Assembly (NCBI GenBank): GCA_964501235.1 | Contig: CAZCSD010000003.1 | Location: 4,153-68,152, forward strand | Direction of reading: 5' to 3' | Origin: an uncultured Polaromonas sp. | Lineage (GTDB): Bacteria; Pseudomonadota; Gammaproteobacteria; Burkholderiales; Burkholderiaceae_C | Length of the DNA stretch: 64,000 nt | Shown: positions 19,386-29,420 of the stretch, piece after piece | Layout: each line of letters starts with the position of its first letter | Position numbering within the stretch: position 1 is the stretch's first letter | Position numbers and translations under genes: made by a program | Notes under the pieces: generated by a model | Databases searched by the model: none | Told to the model about the DNA's origin: nothing | Seen by the model: the letters and a program-made list of their open reading frames with translations, nothing else

Positions 19386-20045
19386 CTAGCTGATCGACCC
19401 GCCGCTCAGGCGCAGGTCGCGATCTGTCTCCAGGGTGGTCAGGATCACCCGTTCGATGGCCCGGACCGCCTCGTTCAGGGCCAGATGGGGTCGCCCCTGC
19501 TCCGGCAGCCACGGCAGATGTACGAAGCCGGCGCGTACCCGCCTAGCCTGCTGGGCCAGCAGGTGCATCAATCGGTAGAACACGGCGTTGCACACGAAAG
19601 TGCCCGCACTTTGCGAGACTTCGGCCGGGAGGCCGGCCTGGTGCAGGGCCTCCACACAGGCTTTAATGGGCAGAGTGCTGAAGTAGGCAGCCGGGCCGTC
19701 GGGGACGACGGGCTCGTCGATGGGCTGATGACCCGTGTTGTCGGGCAGGCTGGCATCGATGCAATTGATGGCCACCCGCTCCAGACCGATCGCCGCTCTG
19801 CCGCCCGCCTGACCGAGACTGAGCACCACGAGCGGGCGGTGTGTATCGAGCAGGAGCGACAGCTGCTCGGCGGCGCGATCAAACTCGGTGGGCAGACAGA
19901 CTCCCTCGATGCGATGGCCTCCCAGTCGGCGTCCGTGCAGAGCCTGTGCGGCCAGGCCGCTGGGGTTACGCCCTTGCGTCCGCCCGGGCCCAAAGGCGTC
20001 GAAGCCTGTGACCAGAATCGGGCTGTCGCTGCTGCTCAGACCCAT
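19386..20045 (-). CDS. pcp: Pyroglutamyl-peptidase I
   Basis: ILVTGFD.F, NPS, LGQAGGR, catalytic E (LERVAIN), C (AGTFVCN) and H (GFVHLP). Confidence 0.93.
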   Translation of the reverse strand: MGLSSSDSPILVTGFDAFGPGRTQGRNPSGLAAQALHGRRLGGHRIEGVCLPTEFDRAAEQLSLLLDTHRPLVVLSLGQAGGRAAIGLERVAINCIDASLPDNTGHQPIDEPVVPDGPAAYFSTLPIKACVEALHQAGLPAEVSQSAGTFVCNAVFYRLMHLLAQQARRVRAGFVHLPWLPEQGRPHLALNEAVRAIERVILTTLETDRDLRLSGGSIS

Positions 20046-20620
20046 CCTTGCGAGCGCGCCAGATGGCTGGCCTGTGATCGACTCTTGACCTCCATGCGCC
20101 TGAACAGGCGCCAGAGGTGAACCTTGACCGTGTGCTCGCTGATCTCGAGTTCCTGGGCGATGTCGCGGTTGCTCATGCCCCGATCGAGCATGATCAGCAA
20201 CTGCTTTTGCCGCTTCGACAGCTTTTGCGGGCTGCCCTCAGTCTTTACCCCGTCCTTGCTCAGCAAGGCGCGCAGCTTGTTGGCGATCTGGGTTGCGCCG
20301 ACCGATTTGGGCAGGTAGCACTGCGCACCGGCCTCCAGGGACAGATCCTCGTAGTCCTGCGCTGCGGAGGCCGAAAGTACCACCACCGGAACATCGGGCG
20401 TTTGCATTTTCATCTCGCGCAAACCCGAGACCCCATTTGTATCGGGTAGTTTGAGGTCCAGGCAGACCAGGTCCGGCGTACCGTGCTGTTCGATGGCCGG
20501 CCCGAATGCCGCCATCCGATCGAGTTCGATGACCTGCATCTTGCCGTCGATGCGACGCAGCAGCATCACCAGGGCTTCGCGCATGAGCGGGTGATCATCG
20601 ATCAGGAAGACAGTCGTCAT
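20036..20620 (-). CDS. NarL/LuxR-family response regulator
   Basis: REC domain (IDDHP, LDLKLPD, VVVLS, YLPK) plus LuxR HTH (LSKRQ, GMSNRDIA, SEHTVKVH). Confidence 0.92.
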   Translation of the reverse strand: MTTVFLIDDHPLMREALVMLLRRIDGKMQVIELDRMAAFGPAIEQHGTPDLVCLDLKLPDTNGVSGLREMKMQTPDVPVVVLSASAAQDYEDLSLEAGAQCYLPKSVGATQIANKLRALLSKDGVKTEGSPQKLSKRQKQLLIMLDRGMSNRDIAQELEISEHTVKVHLWRLFRRMEVKSRSQASHLARSQGWV

Positions 20621-20836
20621 TTTGACACTTTAATACATTTAGATTGAAGACTTTTGCAGAGTTTAACAATAAGGCGGCTAATTCTTAAGTGTTCACTGCA
20701 AGGATCTCTTGAGTGTGCTGCCAAACACACACTGCCGCCACCCGGGGGGACGCAGGCCAACGGGCAGGCGTGCGATGGGGCCGGGCTTGGCCAAGAAGTA
20801 GGGTCTGAATCCGGTGCCGAGAACGAAAGCGCGTAC

Positions 20837-22147
20837 TTACGTCGGACCGGCCCCGGTGGCTTCACGTAGAGCCTGCAAGGCCTGCAGCAGCTCTTGCGGT
20901 GCGCTCACGGGCTCCAGGCAGTCGGCACCGTCTTCCAGCACCGATGCATCGCCGCGCCGCAGCCGGGATGCCAGCTCTCCGGCTTGCTTGGGTGAATCCA
21001 AACCCCGGCTTTGCACCAGCACCTGCCCATCGCCGCCAACCAGCTTGAAGTAGAACTTGCCGTCGCTTTCGCGGTATTGCTTGAGGCTGGGCAAGGCGGT
21101 TTTGACCGATGTCGCCACCGCCCGGCCTGCCCCTGGCGCCTGTCGCAAGCTGCGCAGCCCGACCGCCTGGCGCAGTTCCTGCATCAGCGGGGTGGCTAGC
21201 TGGCGCGCTTTTTCGGCACCGGCGCGCAGGATGTCCTCGATCCGCCCGGGGTCGGCCATCAGTTGTTCGTAGTTTGCCCGCATGGGGGCGATTTCGCGCT
21301 CGATGCGCTCGTAGAGCATCTGTTTGGCATCGGCCCAGGCAATGCCTTGGGCATAGGCCAGCGCCAGAGCGTGCGTCTCCTCGACGTTGGCGAAAGCACG
21401 GTAGATTTCGAACAAGGCCGACCCTTCGGTGGCCTTGGGCTCGCCCGGCTTGCGCGAGTCGGTCACCATGGACGCGATCTGCTTGCGCAGTGTTTGCGCC
21501 GGAGCGAACAGGGCGATGGTGTTGTCATAGCTCTTGCTCATCTTGCGGCCGTCCAGGCCCGGCAAGGTGGCCACCTGGTCCTCGATGGCCGCCTCGGGCA
21601 AGACCAGATGGGGGCCGTACAGATGGTTCAAGCTCGATGCCATGTCTCGCGCCATCTCGATGTGCTGAATCTGGTCGCGTCCGACCGGCACCTGATGGGC
21701 CTTGAACATCAGGATGTCGGCGGCCATGAGCACCGGGTACATAAACAGACCCGCGCTCACATCATGATCCGGCTCCGCACCAGCGGCCAGATTTTTATCG
21801 AGCTGGGCTTTGTAGGCATGAGCCCGGTTGAGCAAGCCTTTGCCGGCCATGCAGGTCAGGAACCAGGTGAGTTCGAGGATCTCCGGAATGTCCGATTGGC
21901 GGTAGAAAATCACTTTCTCTGGGTCGAGCCCAGCGGCCAGCCAGGTGGCCGCGATTTCCAGGGTCGAACGCTGGATGCGTTCGGGTTCACCGACCTTGAT
22001 CAGCGCGTGGTAATCGGCCAGGAAGTAAAAGCTTTGCACCTCCGGTCGCAGGCTCGCCCTTACCGAAGGGCGAATGGCTCCAACGTAGTTGCCCAGATGG
22101 GGGGTGCCCGAGGTGGTGATGCCGGTGAGAACGCGCAGGGACTTCAT
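20837..22147 (-). CDS. trpS: Tryptophan--tRNA ligase with C-terminal extension
   Basis: LTGITTSGTPHLGNY, YPVLMAADIL, VPVGRDQIQH, GLDGRKMSKSY. Confidence 0.96.
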   Translation of the reverse strand: MKSLRVLTGITTSGTPHLGNYVGAIRPSVRASLRPEVQSFYFLADYHALIKVGEPERIQRSTLEIAATWLAAGLDPEKVIFYRQSDIPEILELTWFLTCMAGKGLLNRAHAYKAQLDKNLAAGAEPDHDVSAGLFMYPVLMAADILMFKAHQVPVGRDQIQHIEMARDMASSLNHLYGPHLVLPEAAIEDQVATLPGLDGRKMSKSYDNTIALFAPAQTLRKQIASMVTDSRKPGEPKATEGSALFEIYRAFANVEETHALALAYAQGIAWADAKQMLYERIEREIAPMRANYEQLMADPGRIEDILRAGAEKARQLATPLMQELRQAVGLRSLRQAPGAGRAVATSVKTALPSLKQYRESDGKFYFKLVGGDGQVLVQSRGLDSPKQAGELASRLRRGDASVLEDGADCLEPVSAPQELLQALQALREATGAGPT

Positions 22148-22162
22148 GGTTTTAGTTTCAGG

Positions 22163-22834
22163 TCAGGGGCCGAGCAGCCAGCGCATGGGGCTGAGCATCA
22201 GGGCCAAAGCGTCGTAGCTCAGGCCCATGATGGGGCGCATCCAGAGATGGCTGACGATACCCGTCAGTACCAAGGCCAGGACGATGAAAAAGCCCCAGGG
22301 CTCGACGCGTGAAAGCATGACGGCTGCACGCCAGGGCAAGAGGCCGACCAGGATGCGCCCGCCGTCGAGAGGCGGCAGCGGAAACAGGTTGAAAGCGAAC
22401 ATGACCAGATTGACCAGGACGCCGGCTTTGCACATCTCGATGAAGAAGGGCTCGCTCACCCCGCCGGCCATCAGACTTTGAAAGGCCATGCCCCACAGCA
22501 GTGCTTGCACGAAGTTCGCTCCCGGCCCGGCCAGGGCGACCCAGATCATGTGCTGCTTGGGTTTGCGCAGTCGGCCAAAGTCGACGGGGACCGGCTTGGC
22601 ATAGCCGAACAGAAACTGCCCGGCGGTGGCAAAGTAAAGCAGCAGGGGCATCAGCAGGGTGCCGATGGGATCCACGTGGCTCATCGGATTGAGCGTGACG
22701 CGGCCGAGTTGCCAGGCGGTCGGGTCGCCGAAGAATCGCGCCGCATAGCCGTGGGCCGCCTCATGCACAGTGATCGCAAACAGCACCGGCAAAGCGTAGA
22801 GCGTGACTTTCTGGATCAGGTCGGCCAGGTCCAT
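22163..22834 (-). CDS. Site-2 protease family (peptidase M50)
   Basis: HEAAH zinc motif, GDPTA..GRVTLNP, VALAGP, FNLFPLPPLDGG. Confidence 0.93.
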   Translation of the reverse strand: MDLADLIQKVTLYALPVLFAITVHEAAHGYAARFFGDPTAWQLGRVTLNPMSHVDPIGTLLMPLLLYFATAGQFLFGYAKPVPVDFGRLRKPKQHMIWVALAGPGANFVQALLWGMAFQSLMAGGVSEPFFIEMCKAGVLVNLVMFAFNLFPLPPLDGGRILVGLLPWRAAVMLSRVEPWGFFIVLALVLTGIVSHLWMRPIMGLSYDALALMLSPMRWLLGP

Positions 22835-22881
22835 AGGGCGATTGTCTCAGAGGTGCCGATGGCAAACGGCTGGGACCGGGC

Positions 22882-23520
22882 TCAGGCCAAGCCTATGGCC
22901 GACAGGCTGCCGCGACCGAGCCGAACCACTTCGGGGGGGTGGCCGCTGCCCATGGGCACCAGATCGATGATCGTGGTGGGCTCGCGCGGGCACGTGCCCG
23001 TATCGATGACGGCGGCCACCTCATGCTCGAGCCGATGCCGAATCTGCGCGGCCTCATCGAGCGCTTCGGTTTCCCCGGGCAGGATCAGGGTGGTGGCCAG
23101 CAGGGGCGCGCCGTGCAGCTCCAGCAAGTTCTGCACGGTGCGGTGTTCGGGCAATCGCAGTCCGATGGTCTTGCGCGAGGGATGGCTAAGACGCCGTGGC
23201 ACCTCCTTGCTGGCCTCCAGGATGAAGGTGTAAGGCCCGGGGGTGCCCAGCTTGAGGAGTCGGAATTGCCGGTTGTCGACCCGCGCGTAGTTGGCCAGCT
23301 CGCTCAAGTCGCGGCACAGCAGGGTGAGGGGGTGTCGTTCGTCGACGCCGCGGATTCGCCGCAGCCGATCGGCCGCTGCCTTGTCATCGAGGTGGCACAC
23401 GAGCGCATAGCCCGAATCGGTGGGAACCGCAAGAACTCCACCGGTGATGAGCAGCTCGCAGGCTCGCTTGAGCAGCCGGGTTTGGGGGTTGTCGGGATGG
23501 ATGTCAAACAGTTGGGCCAT
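22882..23520 (-). CDS. yciO: Sua5/YciO/YrdC family protein (YciO-type)
   Basis: IHPDNPQ.RL, PTDSGYAL, PGPYTFIL, RKTIGLR, PTTIIDL. Confidence 0.88.
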   Translation of the reverse strand: MAQLFDIHPDNPQTRLLKRACELLITGGVLAVPTDSGYALVCHLDDKAAADRLRRIRGVDERHPLTLLCRDLSELANYARVDNRQFRLLKLGTPGPYTFILEASKEVPRRLSHPSRKTIGLRLPEHRTVQNLLELHGAPLLATTLILPGETEALDEAAQIRHRLEHEVAAVIDTGTCPREPTTIIDLVPMGSGHPPEVVRLGRGSLSAIGLA

Positions 23521-23527
23521 GGCCGCT

Positions 23528-24442
23528 TCACCTCGGTTCGGCCGGCTGCCCCAGCGCCGCGCGCGCGATACGCGCCTGACGGATGGTCAGCCAAGCGCCC
23601 CCCGCACCGCAAGCGGCGATCACGCACATACCGGTGAGAGACACGCTATCGGGCGTGTGGGAGAACACCAGCCATCCGGCGATCACTGCAAATGCGATCT
23701 GCGTGTACATGTAAGGGGCCATCGTGGCCACGGCCGTGCGGCCGTAGGCCAGGGTCAGCATGAAGTGGCCGATGGTGGCGGTCAGGCCCATGAGCATCAT
23801 CAAGCCCCACTGCTGCAGACTCAAGGCGGTCCAGGCCCACGGCAGGGCCAGCGAGGCCACCGCCGTACCGGTCCAGCCGGTGTAGAGCTGCATGGTCATC
23901 GGATCTTCGGTTCGTACCATGCGGCTGGTGAGTAACTGGAACAGGGAGTTGAGTGCCAGCACGATCAGGGGCAGGAGCATGGCGGAGGAAAACTCGGGCC
24001 CGCCCGGCTTGATGATGAGCAGAGCCCCGGCAAAGCCACCGAGCACCAGCGGCCAGCGCAGCGGCGGGACTCGTTCCGAGAAGAACGCAGCGGCAAGCAC
24101 CGTGATCAGGAGGGGCCCGAGCGAGACGATCGCGGTGAACTCGGCCACGGAGATGTGGCGCAGCGCTTCAAAGGCCGCCAGGCTGCTGCTGATCAGCAGC
24201 AGTCCGCGCAGTACCTGTAGCCCCGGCTGCCGCGTACGCCAGATACTCCAGCCTTTGTCGGGCAACATGACCAGCGTGCTGGCCACCGCTTGAAAAAAAT
24301 AGCGGAACCACAAGGCCATCAGCAGGGGCACCGTACCGAGTATCAGCTTGGTGGTGGTGTCCAGCGCGGCGAACATCGCCGCCGCACCCAGAGTGAGGGC
24401 GATGCCGGCCAGTGCCGAGGACGAGCCGACCTCGGCTCTCAC
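23528..24442 (-). CDS. DMT/EamA family transporter
   Basis: About 10 TM segments, two EamA repeats; GTGA overlap with the PHP gene. Confidence 0.88.
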   Translation of the reverse strand: MRAEVGSSSALAGIALTLGAAAMFAALDTTTKLILGTVPLLMALWFRYFFQAVASTLVMLPDKGWSIWRTRQPGLQVLRGLLLISSSLAAFEALRHISVAEFTAIVSLGPLLITVLAAAFFSERVPPLRWPLVLGGFAGALLIIKPGGPEFSSAMLLPLIVLALNSLFQLLTSRMVRTEDPMTMQLYTGWTGTAVASLALPWAWTALSLQQWGLMMLMGLTATIGHFMLTLAYGRTAVATMAPYMYTQIAFAVIAGWLVFSHTPDSVSLTGMCVIAACGAGGAWLTIRQARIARAALGQPAEPR

Positions 24443-25299
24443 CGGATCCGGGCTTCCAGCAGCTCCCAGACCGGGGTCAGTTCGCCAGGCAGGTAGGGCA
24501 GCATGCCCAGGTCGGTGTGGCTTTCATCGGGGCTGTGAAAGTCGCTGCCGCGCGAGGCAGCCAGGCCGAACTCGCGGGCCATGTCCGCATACTTGAGCGA
24601 TTCTTGCGCGCTGTGGCTACCGGTGATGACTTCCACCGCTTGTCCGCCGTGTAGTTTGAATTCGGTGAACAGGGCGAACTCCTCATTGGGTGTGAACTTG
24701 TAGCGCGCCGGATGGGCGATAACGGCCACGCCGCCGGCTTGTGAGATCCACCGTACCGCCTCTTTCAGGGTGGCCCAGCGGTGCGGTACGAAGCCCGGCT
24801 TGCCCTCGGTGAGGTACTTGCGGAAAACTTCGTTGGTGTCCTTGCAGATGCCGGTGTCGACCAGAAAACGCGCAAAGTGCGTCCTCGAAATCAGGTCTGG
24901 GTTGCCGACAAACTGCAGCGCGCCTTCGTAGGCACCGGCGATGCCCACCTGGGCCAGCCCCTGGGCCATCTCGAGCGCGCGCTGGGCGCGTCCGCCGCGC
25001 GTGGAGCGCAGGCCTTTGCGCAGCTGTTCGTCCTCGTCATCAAAGCCCAGACCCACAATATGAACGGTTTCCCCGGCGAAAGTGACAGAAATTTCCGTAC
25101 CTGTGAGGTAGCCCATGCCGTGGCTGCGGGCGGCGGCCGCCGCGCGCTGTTGCCCACCTATTTCGTCGTGATCGGTCAGGGCCCAGAGCTCGACCCCGCC
25201 TCGTCGCGCTCGATCGGCCAGCTCCTCCGGCGTCAGGGTGCCATCGGAGACCACCGAATGACAATGCAGATCGGCGTTGAGAATGTTGCGGGAGTTCAC
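24439..25299 (-). CDS. PHP-domain phosphoesterase (YciV/TrpH-like; 3',5'-nucleoside bisphosphate phosphatase family)
   Basis: DLHCHS..SDG, ALTDHD, GTEIS, HIVGLG, RTHFA, AHP, GSDFH. Confidence 0.92.
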   Translation of the reverse strand: MNSRNILNADLHCHSVVSDGTLTPEELADRARRGGVELWALTDHDEIGGQQRAAAAARSHGMGYLTGTEISVTFAGETVHIVGLGFDDEDEQLRKGLRSTRGGRAQRALEMAQGLAQVGIAGAYEGALQFVGNPDLISRTHFARFLVDTGICKDTNEVFRKYLTEGKPGFVPHRWATLKEAVRWISQAGGVAVIAHPARYKFTPNEEFALFTEFKLHGGQAVEVITGSHSAQESLKYADMAREFGLAASRGSDFHSPDESHTDLGMLPYLPGELTPVWELLEARIR

Positions 25300-25373
25300 A
25301 GGCGGATTTTACGGGTCTGGTGATGGCCGCGCCGATGCGGGCTGCAGCGCCGGCGATCTCGGCACGCTCGGCC

Positions 25374-27110
25374 TCAGGGCTCGGCAGCCTCGATGACAAA
25401 GCGCACTCGACGCTGGCCTTGCCAGTCGTCCACATCCAAGCGGTAAACCAAGCGGGCTGTTTCGGGCAGCGGCTCGGTGCGGCCGAACCAGATGCCATCG
25501 ACGTCTTGTCCCTGGTGCCTGAGTTTGAGGGACAGATGCCCTTGCCCGACGAGGCGTTGGGAGACCACTTGCAGCGACTCGCAGAAGGTCGGCGCTGCAA
25601 AGCCTTGCCCCCACACCTGCTGCTGCAGCGTCTCGACCACATCGGCCCGGCGGTACTGGGCCGGCAGCGGGCCATCGGTCTGCATCTCCCGCGTCAGGGT
25701 GGACGCGTCGAGCCACTCCCGGGCGACCTGCTCGAGGGCTTGCCGAAAGACGGCGAGCTGATCCAGGGGGACGGTGCAGCCGGCGGCCATCGCATGGCCG
25801 CCAAATCGCAACAGCACGCCCGGGTGCCGCTTGGCCACAAGATCGAGGGCGTCGCGCAGGTGAAAGCCGGCGATCGACCGGCCCGAGCCTTTGAGCTCGT
25901 GGGCCTTGCCCTCGGCGCCGCTGGCAGCGAACACGAAACACGGCCGGTGCAGGCGATCCTTGATGCGCGATGCCACGATGCCAACCACGCCTTCGTGGAA
26001 TTGCGCGTCGTAGAGCACGACGGCCGGCGGACTTTCTTGAGCCGGGCCGATCATCGCGTCGGCCGCTCGGATGGCCTGCTCGCGCATATGGCCTTCGAGG
26101 TCGCGCCGCTGGCGATTGATGCGATCGAGCTCGGCCGCCAGCGTTTGCGCACGGCCTATGTCGTCGGTGAGCAGGCATTCAATGCCCAGGGTCATGTCCG
26201 ACAGGCGGCCCGCTGCATTAATGCGGGGCCCCAGCGCAAAACCAAAGTCCATGCTGCTGGCTGTGAGCGTTTTGCGGCCGGCCACCTGCATCAGCGCGGC
26301 CAGACCGGCGGGCATCTGCCCGGAGCGTATCCGGCGCAAGCCTTGGGCCACCAGTCGGCGGTTGTTGGCATCGAGTCGCACCACATCAGCCACAGTGCCC
26401 AGGGCCACCAGGGGCAGCAAGCTGTCGAGCCGGGGCTGATTCTGACCCTCATAGAGCCCGCGCGTGCGTAACTCGGCGCGCAGTGCCAGCAGCACATAGA
26501 ACATCACGCCTACCCCGGCAATCGACTTGCTCGGAAAGGGGCAACCCGGCTGGTTGGGATTGACGATCACATCGGCATCGGGCAGCGTGACATCAGCACC
26601 TTGCAGCGCCGGTAGATGGTGGTCGGTGATCAGCACCTGTAGGCCCAGCTCACGCGCTCGCGATACGCCCTCGAGGCTGGCAATGCCGTTGTCCACCGTG
26701 ACCAGGAGATGGGCCCCGCGAGCGTGCACGCGTTCTGCGATCACGGGTGTCAGGCCATAGCCGTCGACCACCCGGTCGGGCACCAGATAACTCAAGGCGG
26801 TCTTTTCCAGACCCTGGCCAAGCAAGCCCAGGCCCCGGATGCCGACAGCGCAGGCGGTGGCGCCGTCGCAGTCGTAGTCGGCCACGATGCAGATGCGGCG
26901 ACCCTGCTGCAGGGCATCGGCCAGCAGATGCGCGGCTTTGTCGGCGTTGAGCAGCAGCGAGGGCTCGATCAGTCGTTTGAGATCTTCGTCCAGATCGCTT
27001 GCATCGTGTATGCCGCGTGCGGCAAAGAGCCGTGCCAGCAGCGGATGAACGCCGGATTGCTCCAGTGCCCAAGCGCTTCGCGGCGGTACATCACGAACGC
27101 TGATTTTCAC
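25374..27110 (-). CDS. recJ: Single-stranded DNA exonuclease RecJ
   Basis: DYDCDGAT, DGYGL, TVDNG, TDHH, LGTVADVV, GPRINAAGR, GVVGIVA, GSGRS, FGGHAMAAG; GTG start overlapping the upstream stop. Confidence 0.96.
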   Translation of the reverse strand: MKISVRDVPPRSAWALEQSGVHPLLARLFAARGIHDASDLDEDLKRLIEPSLLLNADKAAHLLADALQQGRRICIVADYDCDGATACAVGIRGLGLLGQGLEKTALSYLVPDRVVDGYGLTPVIAERVHARGAHLLVTVDNGIASLEGVSRARELGLQVLITDHHLPALQGADVTLPDADVIVNPNQPGCPFPSKSIAGVGVMFYVLLALRAELRTRGLYEGQNQPRLDSLLPLVALGTVADVVRLDANNRRLVAQGLRRIRSGQMPAGLAALMQVAGRKTLTASSMDFGFALGPRINAAGRLSDMTLGIECLLTDDIGRAQTLAAELDRINRQRRDLEGHMREQAIRAADAMIGPAQESPPAVVLYDAQFHEGVVGIVASRIKDRLHRPCFVFAASGAEGKAHELKGSGRSIAGFHLRDALDLVAKRHPGVLLRFGGHAMAAGCTVPLDQLAVFRQALEQVAREWLDASTLTREMQTDGPLPAQYRRADVVETLQQQVWGQGFAAPTFCESLQVVSQRLVGQGHLSLKLRHQGQDVDGIWFGRTEPLPETARLVYRLDVDDWQGQRRVRFVIEAAEP

Positions 27111-28099
27111 GGCTTGTCCTGGAGCAGCTGCGGCCATGCGGGGGCGCTCACGCTGTTGACGAGCCGACCAAGCCAGCCGGCTGTGATGCTTTGCAAGCGC
27201 AGCCAGCTGCGTTCACCGCACAGCGTGAGTTCTACAGCCAGCCCTTGGCGCTGCTGCTCGAGCAGCGGGGCGATGAGCTGGGCGTCGAGCTGGGCCCAGG
27301 CCTGGGCATAGGCCTGGGCATCTTCGCCCAGGGCCGGTGCGGCCAGCAGTCGGGTCATGTGCAGACCGGGGGGCGCCTTGTGCTGCGCCAGGAGCCGGCC
27401 GCTGCCGCTGAACCACAGCGAGTTGAGGGCAGGCTCGCCCCGCTCCGCGCGCGCCTGGTTGACCGGATGGGTGTAGAGCAGCATCTGCATCTCGTTTTGC
27501 AGCCGACGCAGAAGTCGCGCGGACGGGCCTGAGGGCAGCCAGGGATCGACGTTGCGCGCAATGACCCGGTCCAGGGAGGCGGTCGCTTGATTGAAGACCT
27601 CGCCCCGCCCCAGCCAGTGACCGGGCCGCGCTGCATGCAGGGCAATCCCTTCCGATTCAAAGTAGGGTTGCATGGTGCGCAGCAAGTCCCCGGACTCCTG
27701 CTCGCTGATATGCAGTGACTGCGGATCGCTCAGGCTGGCATGTTCGCGACCCATCGACCAGTGGCACAGGCTCACCCACGCCCAAGCCTGAGCGCCCGGT
27801 TCAGGAGCATGGCGCGCAGCCCAGGGCAACAAACCGTCGGGCTGCTGCTGCCATCCCAGCAGGTCGGCCAAGGCTCGTTCATGCGGGGGGCTCAGGCTGG
27901 CGGCCTCGCCGACTTCCCGCTTGCAGATGCGCATACGGCGCAGCAATTGGCGCAGGTTTGCAGTGGCTTCGGGGGGGAGGTCGAGCAGGGCCAGCATCAG
28001 GGGCCGTGGCGCTCCCAGCGCCCAGGGCACGATCAAATGGCGCATCGGCCCGGTCTGTCCCAGACCCGGGCCCAGCAGTTCCGATAAATGGACCGACAT
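27107..28099 (-). CDS. Conserved protein upstream of recJ (phosphoglycerate mutase-like / RpfE-type)
   Basis: RRLQNEMQMLLY.HPVN..R..RG...NSLW.SG.G resembles the iPGM-like RpfE group; coupled to recJ. Confidence 0.7.
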   Translation of the reverse strand: MSVHLSELLGPGLGQTGPMRHLIVPWALGAPRPLMLALLDLPPEATANLRQLLRRMRICKREVGEAASLSPPHERALADLLGWQQQPDGLLPWAARHAPEPGAQAWAWVSLCHWSMGREHASLSDPQSLHISEQESGDLLRTMQPYFESEGIALHAARPGHWLGRGEVFNQATASLDRVIARNVDPWLPSGPSARLLRRLQNEMQMLLYTHPVNQARAERGEPALNSLWFSGSGRLLAQHKAPPGLHMTRLLAAPALGEDAQAYAQAWAQLDAQLIAPLLEQQRQGLAVELTLCGERSWLRLQSITAGWLGRLVNSVSAPAWPQLLQDKP

Positions 28100-28166
28100 G
28101 GCGCTATTGTCCCGAATCGCCGACGGCCTTGCTGCCCCCGGGTGGAGGCGATGCCACAATCACATC

Positions 28167-29420
28167 ATGTCGCTGCCATATGAGCTGTCCTTGGGATGGC
28201 GTTACACCCGCGCCGGGCGTGCATCTCGTCGCAACGGCTTCATCTCCTTCATCTCGGGCGTATCGATGCTGGGCATCGCCCTGGGGGTGGCTGCGCTGAT
28301 CATCGTGCTCAGCGTGATGAACGGCTTCCAGAAGGAAGTGCGCGATCGGATGCTCGGTGTGATCTCGCATATCGAGGTGTATGCGGCCGATGGCGGTGCC
28401 ATCCGGGACCTCGAAGGCACGCTCAAGCAGCTGCGCCAACATCCCCAGGTGCTCGGTGCCGCGCCCTTTATAGCCTCGCAGGCCCTGCTGGCCCGTGGTG
28501 AGGACATGAAGGGGGCCATGGTGCGTGGCATAGACCCGTTGCTGGAGGGGCAGGTCAGCGAGCTGGCTGCCCAGCAGCGTCAGGCCCTGGCGCGGCTGGA
28601 GCCAGGGCAATTCGGTATCGTGTTGGGCGCCGAATTGGCCCGCTCTCTGGGAGTGCGCGCGGGCGATGCCCTGACCCTCATCGTGCCGGGCGGACAGGTG
28701 ACACCGGCCGGTGTGGTGCCCCGGCTCAAGCAAATGACGGTGGTAGGCTACTTCGACTCGGGGCACTTCGAGTACGACGCGGGCATGGCGCTCATGCATC
28801 GCGATGATGCCCAGCGCCTGTTCCGCCTGGAGGGGCCCAGCGGCATCCGGGTCAAGCTGCGCGATCTGCACCAGGCGCGCGAGGTGGCCGCGCAGTTGAT
28901 GGGCAGCCTGTCGTCGGACTTGCTGGTGCGCGACTGGACGCGGCAGAACCGCACTTGGTTTGCCGCTGTGCAGTTGGAAAAGCGGATGATGTTCATCATC
29001 CTCACGCTCATTGTTGCGGTCGCAGCCTTTAATCTGGTGAGCACCTTGGTGATGACGGTGACCGACAAGCGGGCTGACATTGCGATTTTGCGTACCCTGG
29101 GAGCCAGCCCCGGCAGCATCATGCTGGTCTTTATGGTGCAGGGCGCCATGGTGGGTCTGGTGGGAACCGGAGCCGGCTTGCTGCTCGGCTTGCTGGTCGC
29201 TTTCAACATTGACACCCTCGTGCCCCTGTTGGAGACACTCCTGGGTGCCAGCTTTCTGCCGCGCGACATCTATTTGATCAGCCGCATGCCCAGCGATCCT
29301 CAGGCCGCCGATATCCTGCCGGTGGCTGTGATTGCGCTGGTCTTGGCGTTTATCGCCACCCTTTATCCAAGTTGGAGGGCCAGCCGGGTCAAGCCGGCAC
29401 AGGCCTTGCGCTATGAATAG
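28167..29420 (+). CDS. lolC: Lipoprotein-releasing ABC transporter permease (LolC/LolE family)
   Basis: [67 protein letters not shown]. Confidence 0.94.
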   Translation: MSLPYELSLGWRYTRAGRASRRNGFISFISGVSMLGIALGVAALIIVLSVMNGFQKEVRDRMLGVISHIEVYAADGGAIRDLEGTLKQLRQHPQVLGAAPFIASQALLARGEDMKGAMVRGIDPLLEGQVSELAAQQRQALARLEPGQFGIVLGAELARSLGVRAGDALTLIVPGGQVTPAGVVPRLKQMTVVGYFDSGHFEYDAGMALMHRDDAQRLFRLEGPSGIRVKLRDLHQAREVAAQLMGSLSSDLLVRDWTRQNRTWFAAVQLEKRMMFIILTLIVAVAAFNLVSTLVMTVTDKRADIAILRTLGASPGSIMLVFMVQGAMVGLVGTGAGLLLGLLVAFNIDTLVPLLETLLGASFLPRDIYLISRMPSDPQAADILPVAVIALVLAFIATLYPSWRASRVKPAQALRYE

